IMG/VR virus record: IMGVR_UViG_3300036832_000330
Coordinates: 29,648-93,647 of that record
DNA: 64,000 bases
Reading direction: 5' to 3' (one strand)
Origin: a virus
Position numbers and translations under genes: made by a program. Each line of letters opens with the position of its first letter. Positions within the stretch are counted from its first letter, which is position 1. Under the pieces are notes generated by a model. The model was not told the DNA's origin, searched no databases, and was given only the letters and a program-made list of their open reading frames with translations. Below are positions 1 to 9,905 of this stretch, one piece after another.

Positions 1-2
1 AC

Positions 3-116
3 TCGGCACCCACCCCGGTCAGACGCTGGACCGGCTCGCTGTCGACCACCAAGTCAGTGAACGCAGGCGACACCTTCTCGATCTCGATAGGTAGCTATAG
101 CAAGAGCATGTCATGA
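3..116 (+). CDS. 3' end of a small phage structural-like protein (partial)
   Basis: Open frame from the window edge, ...WTGSLSTTKSVNAGDTFSISIGSYSKSMS*; ATGA overlap with the next ORF. Confidence 0.55.
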   Translation, partial: SAPTPVRRWTGSLSTTKSVNAGDTFSISIGSYSKSMS

Positions 117-295
117 GCGTCGTCAGCGGCGTGGTAACCATGACGGCATCGACCACCATGGTGGTGACTCCTCTTCAACCACCTCCACTGGTCGACCAGA
201 TCATCGCCCTGTCCGGTCAAGATCCAGCCCTGCTGGGGGCCATGGGCTACATGGACGATGTCTTCACCACTCGTCTGGTGGGTGACATCAACTAG
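113..295 (+). CDS. hypothetical protein
   Basis: ATGA-coupled to the upstream ORF; converges on the lysis cassette. Confidence 0.5.
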   Translation: MSVVSGVVTMTASTTMVVTPLQPPPLVDQIIALSGQDPALLGAMGYMDDVFTTRLVGDIN

Positions 296-873
296 CGCAT
301 ACAGGCCAGGAAGTTGAAGACCTGGCTCTTCTCCTTGATGGAGATGGGTTTCAGGGAGTATCCGGCTGGGCAGGTAGTTCCCGTAGGCCCTGCTGGCCCC
401 CGTGGTCCGGTCGAACCGGTTTGCCCCGTAGCTCCCTTCGTTCCTTGGGGACCGGGAGGCCCAGCAGGGCCAGCAGGTCCGCTACGCCCAGTCGCGCCAG
501 TTGCACCCGGTTGCCCCTGCGATCCTGCGGATCCGGTGGATCCTGTCTGGCCTTGTGTTCCCGTCGCTCCCGCCGTGCCGGTGCTTCCCGCTGCTCCCAC
601 TGCTCCCGCCTGGCTCGCAGTTGTTGATCCGGTTGATCCGGTTCCGGCTGGTCCGATGGCACCTCTTTCTCCTTGTGGTCCCCGTTGGCCTGTTGGCCCT
701 GGCGGTCCAGTTTTCCCCTGCGGTCCAGGGGGGCCATGTACTCCTGGTGGCCCTGCTGCCGCAGGTTCGGGAGGATTCCCCACTACCAGAGCTATGGCGC
801 AGGCAATAAATAGGGCAGCGGCGATGAGTAGCAAGGCCACCCCGCTACTAAAGACTCTTCGGATCCACCCCAT
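292..873 (-). CDS. membrane-anchored collagen-like protein (lysis cassette)
   Basis: N-terminal TM helix, long Gly-X-Y run, C-terminal TCPAGY...LACMR; start uncertain (873 or 909). Confidence 0.75.
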   Translation of the reverse strand: MGWIRRVFSSGVALLLIAAALFIACAIALVVGNPPEPAAAGPPGVHGPPGPQGKTGPPGPTGQRGPQGERGAIGPAGTGSTGSTTASQAGAVGAAGSTGTAGATGTQGQTGSTGSAGSQGQPGATGATGRSGPAGPAGPPGPQGTKGATGQTGSTGPRGPAGPTGTTCPAGYSLKPISIKEKSQVFNFLACMR

Positions 874-1126
874 CCTCTTCCCCGTTCTGTTTCGGCGGCT
901 TGATGCCATGTTCCGCCAGATCGAGTAGAAGCTCATAGTTGTGACGTTCCGCCTCGATGCGTAGACGACGCTCGTCGGCCAGCATGTGGCTCATGCTGTC
1001 GAGGTCTTCTTTGGCTCCCTTGCGCTCCTTGTTACGCACGGTCCTGATCGCCAGCAAGACACCCCCGATGGCGGCGACGATCCCCCCTATCCCGGCGATG
1101 AGGGCGATGAGATCGGTGACACTCAT
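848..1126 (-). CDS. single-TM coiled-coil lysis-cassette protein
   Basis: Hydrophobic N-terminus then a charged coiled coil; downstream of the endolysin. Confidence 0.7.
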   Translation of the reverse strand: MSVTDLIALIAGIGGIVAAIGGVLLAIRTVRNKERKGAKEDLDSMSHMLADERRLRIEAERHNYELLLDLAEHGIKPPKQNGEEDGVDPKSL

Positions 1127-1401
1127 TCATCTCGTCTGCGACGCCTGGTCATGGCGAGGAGCATGGTCTCCACTGGGATGATGCCGATCAGGATCAGTCC
1201 CGTGATGATGTAGGCGATGTTCTTGCTGCTGGCGCTGACCGAGTAGGTGATGATCCACACCCCCAGCAGGAAGACGGCTACCTGTCGGACGATAGCTACC
1301 CATCGTGGGTATTCCTGATCCTTGTTGACACGCTGAGCCAGCCACTCAAGCCGACTGACCTCCTTCGGTTCCTCAGATTCTCGGCCTGGTACCGAACTCA
1401 T
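1123..1401 (-). CDS. holin-like two-TM protein
   Basis: Two TM segments, basic C-tail RRRRR, adjacent to the endolysin. Confidence 0.65.
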   Translation of the reverse strand: MSSVPGRESEEPKEVSRLEWLAQRVNKDQEYPRWVAIVRQVAVFLLGVWIITYSVSASSKNIAYIITGLILIGIIPVETMLLAMTRRRRRDE

Positions 1402-2235
1402 TCATGTGACCGGAGCGGTCCATGAGGTAGCCCAAGTCTGTGATCCCACTAGACCATCTACGGTCAAGCCCTTCTCGGATTGGAAGCTGCGGGCCACGCT
1501 GTATGACTGATCACCGAAGTCACCGTCCACGCTTATGGCCCATCCTCTGTGCGCCATCTGCTGTTGCCAGGTGCGGACGTTCGTGCTATCCACGCCACCG
1601 TAATGGCCGGAATGACAATATGGGCTGGGGTCCGGTCGCCCCAGGTAGTGACCCGCCGGATAGGGAAAGGGTGGGGCTTTACCTGCCGGGGGAGGCGTGG
1701 GCGTAGGTCCGGGTGATGGTGCTGGTTGCCCCCCGGCCATGGCGATGACCTCGTCCATGGGGAAGCCACTCCCGCAATCGACGTGCCCGCCCCCCCAGCT
1801 ACCGAGATCGATGTGCTGGCATACACCCCGTCCATTGGACTGGGCCTGCTGGGCGTTCAGCTTGGTCAATGGGATGCCGAAAGCAGCACTCTCCTCACGT
1901 AGCCAGGACGCCACGTTGGAGAGCATGTTGGGGTGCCTGTGCCACTCGGCGCTGTCCCAGGCGGCAAACGCACAGATTTCTGCCTGACAGGCCACTGGAT
2001 TAGCATTGCTCGCGGTCCAGGCTTTATCACCACGTTTTACGTAGACGCCGATAGTGCCCAAAGTGTCGTCTATGCCAGCATGGCTGGAGACACCGCTTGA
2101 AGAAGACGCAAAATAGTTACCCAACGACTGGTACGTCCTCGATCCCTCAGCCGTATGCAGCACCAGGAGGCGCACACCGGCCCCGCCCCGGCTGGAGTAG
2201 TTCGGACTGGGGATAGCAACACGGTTCAGCGCCAT
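1402..2235 (-). CDS. endolysin: N-acetylmuramoyl-L-alanine amidase (Amidase_2) plus peptidoglycan-binding domain
   Basis: LVLHTAEG, SSH, HxD..GGGHVDCG zinc-amidase motifs; Pro linker; C-terminal VDGDFG..FQ..GLTVDGLVG PGBD. Confidence 0.92.
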   Translation of the reverse strand: MALNRVAIPSPNYSSRGGAGVRLLVLHTAEGSRTYQSLGNYFASSSSGVSSHAGIDDTLGTIGVYVKRGDKAWTASNANPVACQAEICAFAAWDSAEWHRHPNMLSNVASWLREESAAFGIPLTKLNAQQAQSNGRGVCQHIDLGSWGGGHVDCGSGFPMDEVIAMAGGQPAPSPGPTPTPPPAGKAPPFPYPAGHYLGRPDPSPYCHSGHYGGVDSTNVRTWQQQMAHRGWAISVDGDFGDQSYSVARSFQSEKGLTVDGLVGSQTWATSWTAPVT

Positions 2236-2381
2236 CTACGATCCTCCTCATCGTCCAGGGGAGTCTTGGCATGATCGTGGATTGGTTCCTTGTTCGGCTC
2301 TTCCGCGGGATCGGGCCATAGGACACCGACGCTCTCGTGGAAATTCTCGGGATCTGGATCCCGCGATCGATCTCTTTCCAT
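2226..2381 (-). CDS. small acidic hypothetical protein (51 aa)
   Basis: Read by hand (MERDRSRDPDPENF...); AGGAG RBS; overlaps the endolysin start. Confidence 0.5.
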   Translation of the reverse strand: MERDRSRDPDPENFHESVGVLWPDPAEEPNKEPIHDHAKTPLDDEEDRRWR

Positions 2382-2388
2382 GTAGCTC

Positions 2389-2568
2389 CTAGTTGATCTG
2401 TTCGCCTGTGGTGGGGTTGAACTCGCTGGCAGGGTCTTCGGTGCCGGGAGGAACGTCCTCTTCCGGCTCTGGGGTCTCCTCTTCCGGCTCTGGGGTCACC
2501 TCAGCAGACTTCTCTGTCTCGGTGTCGGGGCCTTCACCCTCAGGCGTTGGCTCTTCAGTGGTGGACAT
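2389..2568 (-). CDS. small acidic Glu/Pro-rich protein (59 aa)
   Basis: Read by hand (MSTTEEPTPEGEGPD...); TACCTT-N6-ATG leaderless start. Confidence 0.55.
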   Translation of the reverse strand: MSTTEEPTPEGEGPDTETEKSAEVTPEPEEETPEPEEDVPPGTEDPASEFNPTTGEQIN

Positions 2569-2609
2569 GGTCTAAAGGTAGTTCTCGACTGGTCGACGCT
2601 CGGCGTCAA

Positions 2610-3413
2610 CTAGTTCGCCCACAGTTCGGCGTAGATCGTCATGGCACCAGCAGACACAGGCGTGTACTGGTAAAGAGCGACCCTCTCTCCTGGCCGGATG
2701 GCAGGAGCTTCGGTGCTACGGATGTACTGACCGGAGAAGGTGCCCCCACCGCTCACCTGTGACCCACAAACGACGTTGTTCGCGCTGTCATAAACCATCA
2801 CGTAGATCTGCCCACCGGTCTCGTTGGCAGTGCAGTTCTCCCGATAGGTGAAGATGACCGAGTGCAGGTTGCCGTCGTTGGGGGCGGTCCAGGTCACGAT
2901 GTCCTGGGTTCCGTTGACGAGGGCCACGCCACTCGCTCCGGTAGAGGCGACACGCTGTAAGCCGGCAGCCGTCCCCGCAGGACCGGTCGCTCCAGTCGGA
3001 CCAAGTGGCCCCTGTGCCCCGGTAGGTCCGACCTGACCCTGCACCCCTTGAGGCCCCAAAGGACCGGGTATTCCCTGGACGCCCTGAGGTCCGACCGCGA
3101 TGTCCAGGGCCATCCAGCCCTGGATCGAGTCGTAGAACCAGACCACAGGCGGGGTGCCTACCAGCCACACCATGCCGGCCTGAGCCGGCGTAGGAACAGC
3201 GGGTAGGTGGGTGTTGTCAGCGACTGATCCGGCGACGAGGAAGCCGCCTGGAGGCCCCTGTGGCCCGCTGGGACCGACTGGGCCGGCGGGACCGGTTGGC
3301 CCCTGCATCCCACCTGGACCCTGTGGCCCTGGTTTGCCTGGAGGCCCAGGTAGTCCTGGGACAGTGATCTCGATCACGTCCGCAGTCGGCCCGGTGACCG
3401 TGATGTCACTCAT
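2610..3413 (-). CDS. collagen-like minor structural/fibre protein
   Basis: Two Gly-X-Y blocks and a beta-rich C-terminal domain; start at MSDITVTGP. Confidence 0.8.
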   Translation of the reverse strand: MSDITVTGPTADVIEITVPGLPGPPGKPGPQGPGGMQGPTGPAGPVGPSGPQGPPGGFLVAGSVADNTHLPAVPTPAQAGMVWLVGTPPVVWFYDSIQGWMALDIAVGPQGVQGIPGPLGPQGVQGQVGPTGAQGPLGPTGATGPAGTAAGLQRVASTGASGVALVNGTQDIVTWTAPNDGNLHSVIFTYRENCTANETGGQIYVMVYDSANNVVCGSQVSGGGTFSGQYIRSTEAPAIRPGERVALYQYTPVSAGAMTIYAELWAN

Positions 3414-3858
3414 AGCTGCCTCGCTCTCCGATGGTGAGGGCCAGGTTGGTGTTGGGCTTGGCCGGCTGGGTGATGTTCGGGTCCACGTTGAAGAAGCCGC
3501 GCATGATGCGGTCCTGCACTCCGCTGGCGGTGTAGGTGGCGAAGAGGTCATACAGGTACGACCGGCCAATGCCCCAGAACCCGACAGCCTGGACGGCCCC
3601 TGGATAGTTGCCCTGGGCGAAGTAGGTCAGCGAGTCTTCCTGGCTGATGTGGAGTGCAATGGTGGCCCCGTCCTCCAGGATGGTGCAGCGGCTGGAGGCG
3701 GCGTCGAGGCGCATGACCAGTACCCAGTTGGTGTTGCGGATCTCCATGACCGCGTCGCTCAGTGGCACCAGTTGCGCCGTTTGGGAGTCTCTGATCGCCA
3801 CGGTTCTTTGCCAGTCGGCCCAGGCGTCGAGATAGAGGTCGTATTGAGCTAGTGCCAT
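3406..3858 (-). CDS. putative fibre-attachment/structural protein
   Basis: Ig-like pattern (YDLY..ADW..YLYDLF..RIMRG.F.V.P) of the kind that precedes collagen fibre genes. Confidence 0.6.
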   Translation of the reverse strand: MALAQYDLYLDAWADWQRTVAIRDSQTAQLVPLSDAVMEIRNTNWVLVMRLDAASSRCTILEDGATIALHISQEDSLTYFAQGNYPGAVQAVGFWGIGRSYLYDLFATYTASGVQDRIMRGFFNVDPNITQPAKPNTNLALTIGERGSYE

Positions 3859-3859
3859 A

Positions 3860-4366
3860 TCACCACGTCATGGTCTGTACGAAGAAGTCCTGCTGCTGGG
3901 TGTCGTTGACCACCTCTTCGGCCTTGATCTGCTCGCCCAGCGCAGAGATGGTCATATAAGTGCCGTGGACGAAGCCTTGTTTTTCATACTTCGTCACCTT
4001 GTAGACGATGTTGTCGTAGCTGAACCGATCACGAAAATGGTTGGCGGTGTTGAGCGGGCTGATGCGAAAGCGGTCCATAGCCGCCGTCACCTGGAACACG
4101 ATGCTGGCGGTGGAGAGGACGTAGAAGCCCTCGTCGGTCTCCAAGGGGTCATCCTGGCGGAAGTCGACAAACATGACGGGTAGTACCACGGGTGGGTACC
4201 AGGCGCGGCTCGGTCCCTCGTCGTAGACCTGATGCTTGGTCGAGGCCATGGGGTCGTACTCAGCCCACAGGACGGCCTCGCCCCAGTATCGCTGGTAGTT
4301 CCGCATGACCTCGTTCATGCGGATGATCTGATCCTTCTGGTACCAGGCCGGCGTGTAGAGAGGCAT
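3860..4366 (-). CDS. putative head-closure/neck protein
   Basis: GEAVLWAEYD...RDRFSYDNIVYKV pattern; position in the neck operon. Confidence 0.55.
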   Translation of the reverse strand: MPLYTPAWYQKDQIIRMNEVMRNYQRYWGEAVLWAEYDPMASTKHQVYDEGPSRAWYPPVVLPVMFVDFRQDDPLETDEGFYVLSTASIVFQVTAAMDRFRISPLNTANHFRDRFSYDNIVYKVTKYEKQGFVHGTYMTISALGEQIKAEEVVNDTQQQDFFVQTMTW

Positions 4367-5007
4367 CAGAACAGCTTCCCTTGTGCTGACTTTGGCTTGA
4401 GCTTGGCTTTGCGCTTCTTGTCGGCTGCCGCCCTCTGAGCTAGCTCCTCCCGCTGATAGGGGTGGAAGCCGTAGTGGACGTTCTCCCAGATGGGAGGTTC
4501 ATGAGCAGGCTTGCCTAGTGGGGCGTGTACCTCTTCGGTGCGGTAGTTGGCCCAGACATCAGGCTTGAGGTCTGGTCGCACCCGGTTGGAGAAGCGTTCG
4601 CCGGCCTCAGAGCGTTCGGGTGAGTGGATGGGCACGGTCTCCTGGCCGAAGTTCCAGTAGTGCGCTGAATGAAATAGCGCGCCGGCCAGGCCCCTGGCTC
4701 TGGCATCTCCCTCTTTGGTGTGCCCGGTGGCGAGGTTCTCCACCATGGTGACTTCACCAGGGGTACCGGACCCTTTCCTGGCCCAGGACAACTCTGCCGC
4801 CACTGAGGGGTACTTCGGGTGCGATACGTCGACCGCAGCCAGGTGATGCTCGTGCGGTGACTGCTGCATATCGAGCATGTAGCCGTGGGCTATGGGACCG
4901 GCCCAGGGGTGGGCCAGGTGTTCCATGCCAGGCAGGGCTAGTTGGTGCGGGTTGATCTCGCGCTTGGTGCCGGCGAACTGCTCAGGGTTGAGGGCCTCGT
5001 GACTCAT
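4366..5007 (-). CDS. GNAT-like protein with MSHEALNPEQF leader
   Basis: ARARGLAGALF (motif A-like) followed by HSPERSEAGERF; paralogous to 35561 and 37609. Confidence 0.65.
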   Translation of the reverse strand: MSHEALNPEQFAGTKREINPHQLALPGMEHLAHPWAGPIAHGYMLDMQQSPHEHHLAAVDVSHPKYPSVAAELSWARKGSGTPGEVTMVENLATGHTKEGDARARGLAGALFHSAHYWNFGQETVPIHSPERSEAGERFSNRVRPDLKPDVWANYRTEEVHAPLGKPAHEPPIWENVHYGFHPYQREELAQRAAADKKRKAKLKPKSAQGKLF

Positions 5008-5609
5008 CGAGCCAACCTGTGCGCCACAGTGCGGTGATGACCCTCAGCGAGCCAGGTCTTGCCTCCATGCTCGTAGGTTTCTGGCTCGTAAGGCACGCTT
5101 TCACCGGGGTAGTCCGGGTCATGTCGCGGTACATCACCCTGGGCGTACTCCCGCAGGGTGGGCAAGTGGAGGTGGGCCTGGGATGTCCAGACTTCGCCAT
5201 GTGGATAGCCACGGCTCTCCCCGTACCCCTCAGCGGCACCGACGAGGTGGGGGGCAGCTACGAGGGGATCGGTATAAGGCTTGTGGGCCTCAGGGTTACG
5301 ACTGGTCTGGCGAATATCAGCCTGGGCGAAGACATGCTTGGCAACTCGGCCTCGGATCACATCAGGAGCTTCTTCACCACCCAGGGAGGGATGTACCCCT
5401 AGCAACTGGGCGACATTCTCAGGCTCTTCCTGGAAATCCCGCCAGGGGCGAGGGTCACCTCTACGTGCTGCTGTCTGCGCTCGCCCCAGACGAGCTTGGT
5501 TCTCAGGATCGAGCTTGGGCCGGTTGGCTGCGATGTGTTCTTGCACGCCTGTGGTGATGCGGTTCTTCCACTGCTCAAACTGCTCGTCGTTGAGAGCTTC
5601 GTGGCTCAC
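5004..5609 (-). CDS. ParB/Srx-like domain protein with MSHEALNDEQF leader
   Basis: VWTSQ...WLAEGHHRTVA motif. Confidence 0.6.
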   Translation of the reverse strand: MSHEALNDEQFEQWKNRITTGVQEHIAANRPKLDPENQARLGRAQTAARRGDPRPWRDFQEEPENVAQLLGVHPSLGGEEAPDVIRGRVAKHVFAQADIRQTSRNPEAHKPYTDPLVAAPHLVGAAEGYGESRGYPHGEVWTSQAHLHLPTLREYAQGDVPRHDPDYPGESVPYEPETYEHGGKTWLAEGHHRTVAHRLAR

Positions 5610-5610
5610 G

Positions 5611-6723
5611 TCACCACCAGCCGACCCAGCCTGTATTGATGGTGGTGTAGGCCCAGTAGTACCCGTAGCCGGTGGTGGGGTCCACGTCCCTGGTGGGGTC
5701 GATATTGGTGCTGGGCTGGAGGGCCACGTAGCGACGGTTCTGGTAGTCGATGAGATCCTGGGGTTGGTAGGTGTGTGTGGAGTTCCACAGGCCCTGGTAG
5801 CTGTACATCTTCTGGGTCACATCGATCTGTGGCATCTCCCGCTGGGGCCAGGTCAGGTCGTCGTACTCCTTGGACCGGTAGATGGGCACCAGCCGCTTGG
5901 TGGTGCGCGACACCCGCCGCAGCCTCGATTGGGTGATGCGGTACAGGCCCACGCCCAGGGCGCTCGACAGTGCCATGTACTGGCCGTTGAGCCGGTCGAT
6001 CATCTGGGTGATCTGATTGAAGGTCTGGCTGATCGGGATGGTGACGCCGTCCGGTGTATGGACATCGTGCTGCTGGGCTACGCCAGTGGCGATGTCCCAC
6101 AGGGCCATGACCGTGACCAGGATGGAGATGGGGTACTCCTCCACCTCAGTGATCATCATGGGGGCCGGTGTCCCGTAGTCGATGGGCTGGCCGGTAGTAC
6201 CCAGTGGAGGAGGTAGTACCGGGGGGTAGCCCTCATCGATCTCGCCGGCTGGGCTGGTGCCATAGGTGTGCTGCACATAGGCCGTGCGGACGTAGAGGTC
6301 AAGCTCGGCGGGCAGCAGGTCACGGTAGTAGGTGCCCTGGGCCACCAGGAGCATGCCGATGGCGGGGGCCTGGGTGAAGACCAGGACGCCACCATGCTCG
6401 TCCAGGACGTAGTCGAAGCCCAGGTTGGCTGAGGTAGTACCTCCTGCCGTGGTGTCGGTCAAGACCACCTGGAGGTTGGACGATGACACGTTCTCGACGG
6501 GAAGCTCAAAGCGAAAGGCCACGCCAGAGCAGGTCTGCCGGCAGATGAAGGGCCGGGGCAGATCCCGAAGTCGGAGTCGCGCCATCTGGGCGATCCGCTG
6601 CGTCGAAGAGGGGCTGACCGGCGGGTAGGCCAGCCCCTGATCGGTGTCGGGGTACTGCCCCGGCGATCCTGCCGTGATGTCATATGGGTTCGGAAGCCCG
6701 GAGACCGGCCCAGAGACTGACAC
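5611..6723 (-). CDS. putative head-tail adaptor/neck protein
   Basis: First gene of the leftward structural operon; RLRLRD N-terminus; C-terminal WNSTHTYQPQDLIDYQNRRYVAL CBM-like module. Confidence 0.55.
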   Translation of the reverse strand: MSVSGPVSGLPNPYDITAGSPGQYPDTDQGLAYPPVSPSSTQRIAQMARLRLRDLPRPFICRQTCSGVAFRFELPVENVSSSNLQVVLTDTTAGGTTSANLGFDYVLDEHGGVLVFTQAPAIGMLLVAQGTYYRDLLPAELDLYVRTAYVQHTYGTSPAGEIDEGYPPVLPPPLGTTGQPIDYGTPAPMMITEVEEYPISILVTVMALWDIATGVAQQHDVHTPDGVTIPISQTFNQITQMIDRLNGQYMALSSALGVGLYRITQSRLRRVSRTTKRLVPIYRSKEYDDLTWPQREMPQIDVTQKMYSYQGLWNSTHTYQPQDLIDYQNRRYVALQPSTNIDPTRDVDPTTGYGYYWAYTTINTGWVGWW

Positions 6724-6729
6724 ACACCC

Positions 6730-6777
6730 AGGCTAGGTCCGGGTGGTCAGGGGGGACGCGACACCCGGACCTAGCAT
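6730..6777. promoter_or_regulatory. symmetric divergent late-promoter pair
   Basis: 14-bp inverted repeat (6732-6745 / 6762-6775) giving CACCCGGACC-TAGCCT on - (6 nt before GTG 6723) and CACCCGGACC-TAGCAT on +. Confidence 0.6.
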
Positions 6778-6848
6778 TGTGGCTATCCGGTCTGATTCCA
6801 CCGGTCAGGTAGTACAGCTAGAAAATGCCCAGCCTTTTGTGAGGAAAA

Positions 6849-7265
6849 ATGCCTTCCTCGTCGTATAACTGCGTCAAAAAATCAGACGTGGCAAAGCTGG
6901 GAAAAGCTGTCTCTCAATACAAGAGGATCTCGGATTCCAAGACGGTCAGGAAGCAGGCGTCGAAAGCCGGCCAGCCGTTGCTGGAGCAGATGCAGGGTCT
7001 GATCCGGGGTGAACCCAGCCTGTCTGACTTCGGCCACATAGCCGACGCCATGCGGGTCTTCAGCCATGACGACAACGTCAGCGTCGGCTTGCCGGCGGAT
7101 CACCCCCTGCTGCCCTCAGCCCAACAGATGCACAACGTCTTCCAGGTCAGCGACGTGGCCTTCGACTTGGCCCAGCAGAGTGGTGAGGTGGAGGGGGCCT
7201 TCCATGACAACCTGGGCCTGCGGTCTCAGCCCTGGTGGCGACGCATGGTGGAGCAGATGCGATGA
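6849..7265 (+). CDS. hypothetical neck/tail-completion-region protein
   Basis: GAGGA RBS; first gene of the tail operon. Confidence 0.6.
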   Translation: MPSSSYNCVKKSDVAKLGKAVSQYKRISDSKTVRKQASKAGQPLLEQMQGLIRGEPSLSDFGHIADAMRVFSHDDNVSVGLPADHPLLPSAQQMHNVFQVSDVAFDLAQQSGEVEGAFHDNLGLRSQPWWRRMVEQMR

Positions 7266-7302
7266 CGATAAAGGAAGATCTTCCTATATCGGGGGTGGTG
7301 TC

Positions 7303-8028
7303 ATGACCCTGACCAACCCGCCCAACGATGTCGTCCCCAACCCTCCCTTCCTGGGTCTTTATACCGAAGAGGACATGGGCCTGAAGACGCACCTCCAGGG
7401 CCTCTATGTCAGTGATCTGAACGCCCCCAACGAGACCCGCCAGGTACCGGTGTGGTTTCACAATCCCGAAAGGGAGGAGCGGAGGATCACCTATCCCAAC
7501 ATCACCATCAACTTCACCGGAGAGCGGATAGCTCACGAGCGCGAGCATCGGGGCTGGGTGGGGATCGGCTATCGGTACCTCCAGGGCGTCCCCTTCGTCC
7601 TGGGATCAGAGCAAACCCCGCCGTCCATGGAGTACCCCATCCCCATGGACTTCGACTACACCGTCACGGCCAGCGCCCGGATCAACCAGCACATCTCCCA
7701 GATCTCTGGCAGCTTGGCGATGAGCAAGCTCCATCCCCGCTTCGCCCAGATGGAGTGCCCCGGTGGCACGGTGCGGAGGATCACGGTCATGGGCGTGAGC
7801 CGCACCAATAGCATGGAGTCCGACAAGCGGCTCTTTCGCCAGATCTACCAGCTTCGGATCTCCACCGAGATCGAGGATGTTGTCACTGCGCTCGGCACCA
7901 GGGTGGCCTGTGTTGTCCTGAGCGTCTTGGGTCAGGTGAATGTGAAGCTAGATGGCGGGTTGACGATCAGGGATATGCAGGGCGGCGTCCTGTGGGGTCC
8001 GCACACAATCACATCGGAGGAAGAATAA
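7303..8028 (+). CDS. tail terminator/sheath-stabiliser-like protein
   Basis: VPVWFHNPE..RITYP.I, P.PMDFDYTV motifs; immediately upstream of the sheath. Confidence 0.65.
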   Translation: MTLTNPPNDVVPNPPFLGLYTEEDMGLKTHLQGLYVSDLNAPNETRQVPVWFHNPEREERRITYPNITINFTGERIAHEREHRGWVGIGYRYLQGVPFVLGSEQTPPSMEYPIPMDFDYTVTASARINQHISQISGSLAMSKLHPRFAQMECPGGTVRRITVMGVSRTNSMESDKRLFRQIYQLRISTEIEDVVTALGTRVACVVLSVLGQVNVKLDGGLTIRDMQGGVLWGPHTITSEEE

Positions 8029-9894
8029 ATGCCCACCTTGACCAGGCCGGGGGTTTACGTCGATGAGTCGTCGTTCCCCACCTACATCGGTGCCACTCCC
8101 GGCACAGCCGCGGCGTGCTTCGTCGGCCCGTGCCCTCGCGGCCCGTGCCAGGTGGGTCAGTCGGGTGGGGCCAACCTGCCTGTCGCCTATGGGGTGACAC
8201 CGACGCGTGTCAACTCCTGGAGAGAGTTCACGGCCTGGTTCGGTGGCTTTGAGACTGCCTATCCCCCCAGCCTCCTGCACTTAGCTGTCTATTGCTTCTT
8301 CTCTGCGGGCGGCACCAATGCCACGGTCATTCGATCCATTCGTCAGGACGCCTCTGGGCCAGTGGTGGCGAGCCACACCTTCAATGACTCCCAGACCGTA
8401 GCGCCCCGAACCGTGACTGATGGCGTGACGACGAGTACGTCGGCCACGGTAACGTCAGCCACCGCCAACTTCACCACCAACGACATCGGCAGGACGATCT
8501 CGGGTGCCGGCATCCCTGCCAACAGCACGATCATCACGATCAACAGTGGCACCAGTGTCGTCATCTCCGCGAATGCCACGGCCACCGCTACCGCAGTCTC
8601 TCTGACTATCAGCGGCGGCGGCTTGCCTACCCTGGAGGTTGACGCAGCGAATCCAGGTGCGTGGGCCTCTGGTACGACCCAGAATCCCAACGGGGGACTG
8701 TGGATCGACATCCTGCCGGGAACCATCAGGGACTCCCACTCAAACATCATCAGCTTCACTATCCAAGTGAAGTATCAGGGCAATGGCCCCAACAATGTCG
8801 TAGAGCATTGGCCGGATCTATCCATGATCCCCGGTTCGACCAACCTGGGCCAGGCCAACTACGCCCCTGACATCATCAACAACCCCTACACCGGGTCGAA
8901 GTACATCCATCTGGTGGACAAGGGAAATGTGCCCACTCCCCCGGCTATACGCGACTACACCTGGAACCCGTCCACCACCACCGCTTCGCAACAGTTGACC
9001 GGTGGCTCTGACGGCCAGCCCATCACCTTCCAGGATCAACTGTCTGCTCTCCAACAACTGGATGCGTACCCGGAGCAGCCCTTCGTGATCAACATGCCGG
9101 GGCTGATCACCGGGTCGGACATCTCTAGCGTGGTGGGCTACGCCCAGACTCGTGGCGATAGCTTCGTGGTCATCGATTGCCCGCCGGCCTACAGCCCCAG
9201 CGCCATGGTCACCTTTGCCCAGGCTCTGTCGTCCAGTGCCCAGTGCGCCATCTACTACCCCCAGGTGAAGATCTCCGACCCGTACTCGGCGGTGCCGGGA
9301 GTGACGCGCATGGTGGCACCGGGTGGCTTCGTGGTCGGTCAGTACATCGCCACTGACGCCAGGCGGGGGGTGCAGAAGGCTCCCGCCGGCCTGGGCAACT
9401 CCCTCCTGGGGGCCTTCGGCGTGGAGACCATCCTCACCAACACTGACCAGGGCAACCTGACCCAGGCCAACGTCAACTGCATCATCTCGGTGCCTGGCGC
9501 AGGCGTGGTGATCTGGGGCGCTCGCACCCTGTCGCCTTACCTCGTCACCCGGTACGTCCCCGTCGAGCGCACTCTGCTCTATCTCGCCACTGAGATGACG
9601 GCCATGACCAAGTTCGCGGTCTTTGAGCCGAACGACTGGGTGTTGTGGAACATGATCACGTCGGTCCTCAGCCAGTTCTTGACCTCGTTCTGGCAGAGCG
9701 GTGGTCTGCGGGGGACGAGTATCTCGGAGGCGTTCTACGTCACCTGTGACAGCAGCGTCAATACGCCTCAGTCCATTCAGCAGGGCATCGTCAACGTCGA
9801 GGTCGGTGTGTCGCTCCAGTACCCCGCTGAGTTCGTCATCATCTCCATCGGCCAGTGGGCCGGTGGTCAGAGCGTCAGCGTCACCACTACCTGA
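8029..9894 (+). CDS. contractile tail sheath protein
   Basis: RPGVYVDE N-terminus; YYP, KAPAG, WGARTL, YVPVER, AVFEPND, PAEFV C-terminal motifs. Confidence 0.96.
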   Translation: MPTLTRPGVYVDESSFPTYIGATPGTAAACFVGPCPRGPCQVGQSGGANLPVAYGVTPTRVNSWREFTAWFGGFETAYPPSLLHLAVYCFFSAGGTNATVIRSIRQDASGPVVASHTFNDSQTVAPRTVTDGVTTSTSATVTSATANFTTNDIGRTISGAGIPANSTIITINSGTSVVISANATATATAVSLTISGGGLPTLEVDAANPGAWASGTTQNPNGGLWIDILPGTIRDSHSNIISFTIQVKYQGNGPNNVVEHWPDLSMIPGSTNLGQANYAPDIINNPYTGSKYIHLVDKGNVPTPPAIRDYTWNPSTTTASQQLTGGSDGQPITFQDQLSALQQLDAYPEQPFVINMPGLITGSDISSVVGYAQTRGDSFVVIDCPPAYSPSAMVTFAQALSSSAQCAIYYPQVKISDPYSAVPGVTRMVAPGGFVVGQYIATDARRGVQKAPAGLGNSLLGAFGVETILTNTDQGNLTQANVNCIISVPGAGVVIWGARTLSPYLVTRYVPVERTLLYLATEMTAMTKFAVFEPNDWVLWNMITSVLSQFLTSFWQSGGLRGTSISEAFYVTCDSSVNTPQSIQQGIVNVEVGVSLQYPAEFVIISIGQWAGGQSVSVTTT

Positions 9895-9905
9895 GAGGAG
9901 GACAC

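Noticed and set aside
314-928. Long antisense/alternative-frame ORFs (also 5281-6216, 8818-9933, 14712-15968, 43868-45091, 51107-52120, 58848-59753)
   Set aside because: They are shadows of real high-GC or collagen genes, with no motifs or start signals.
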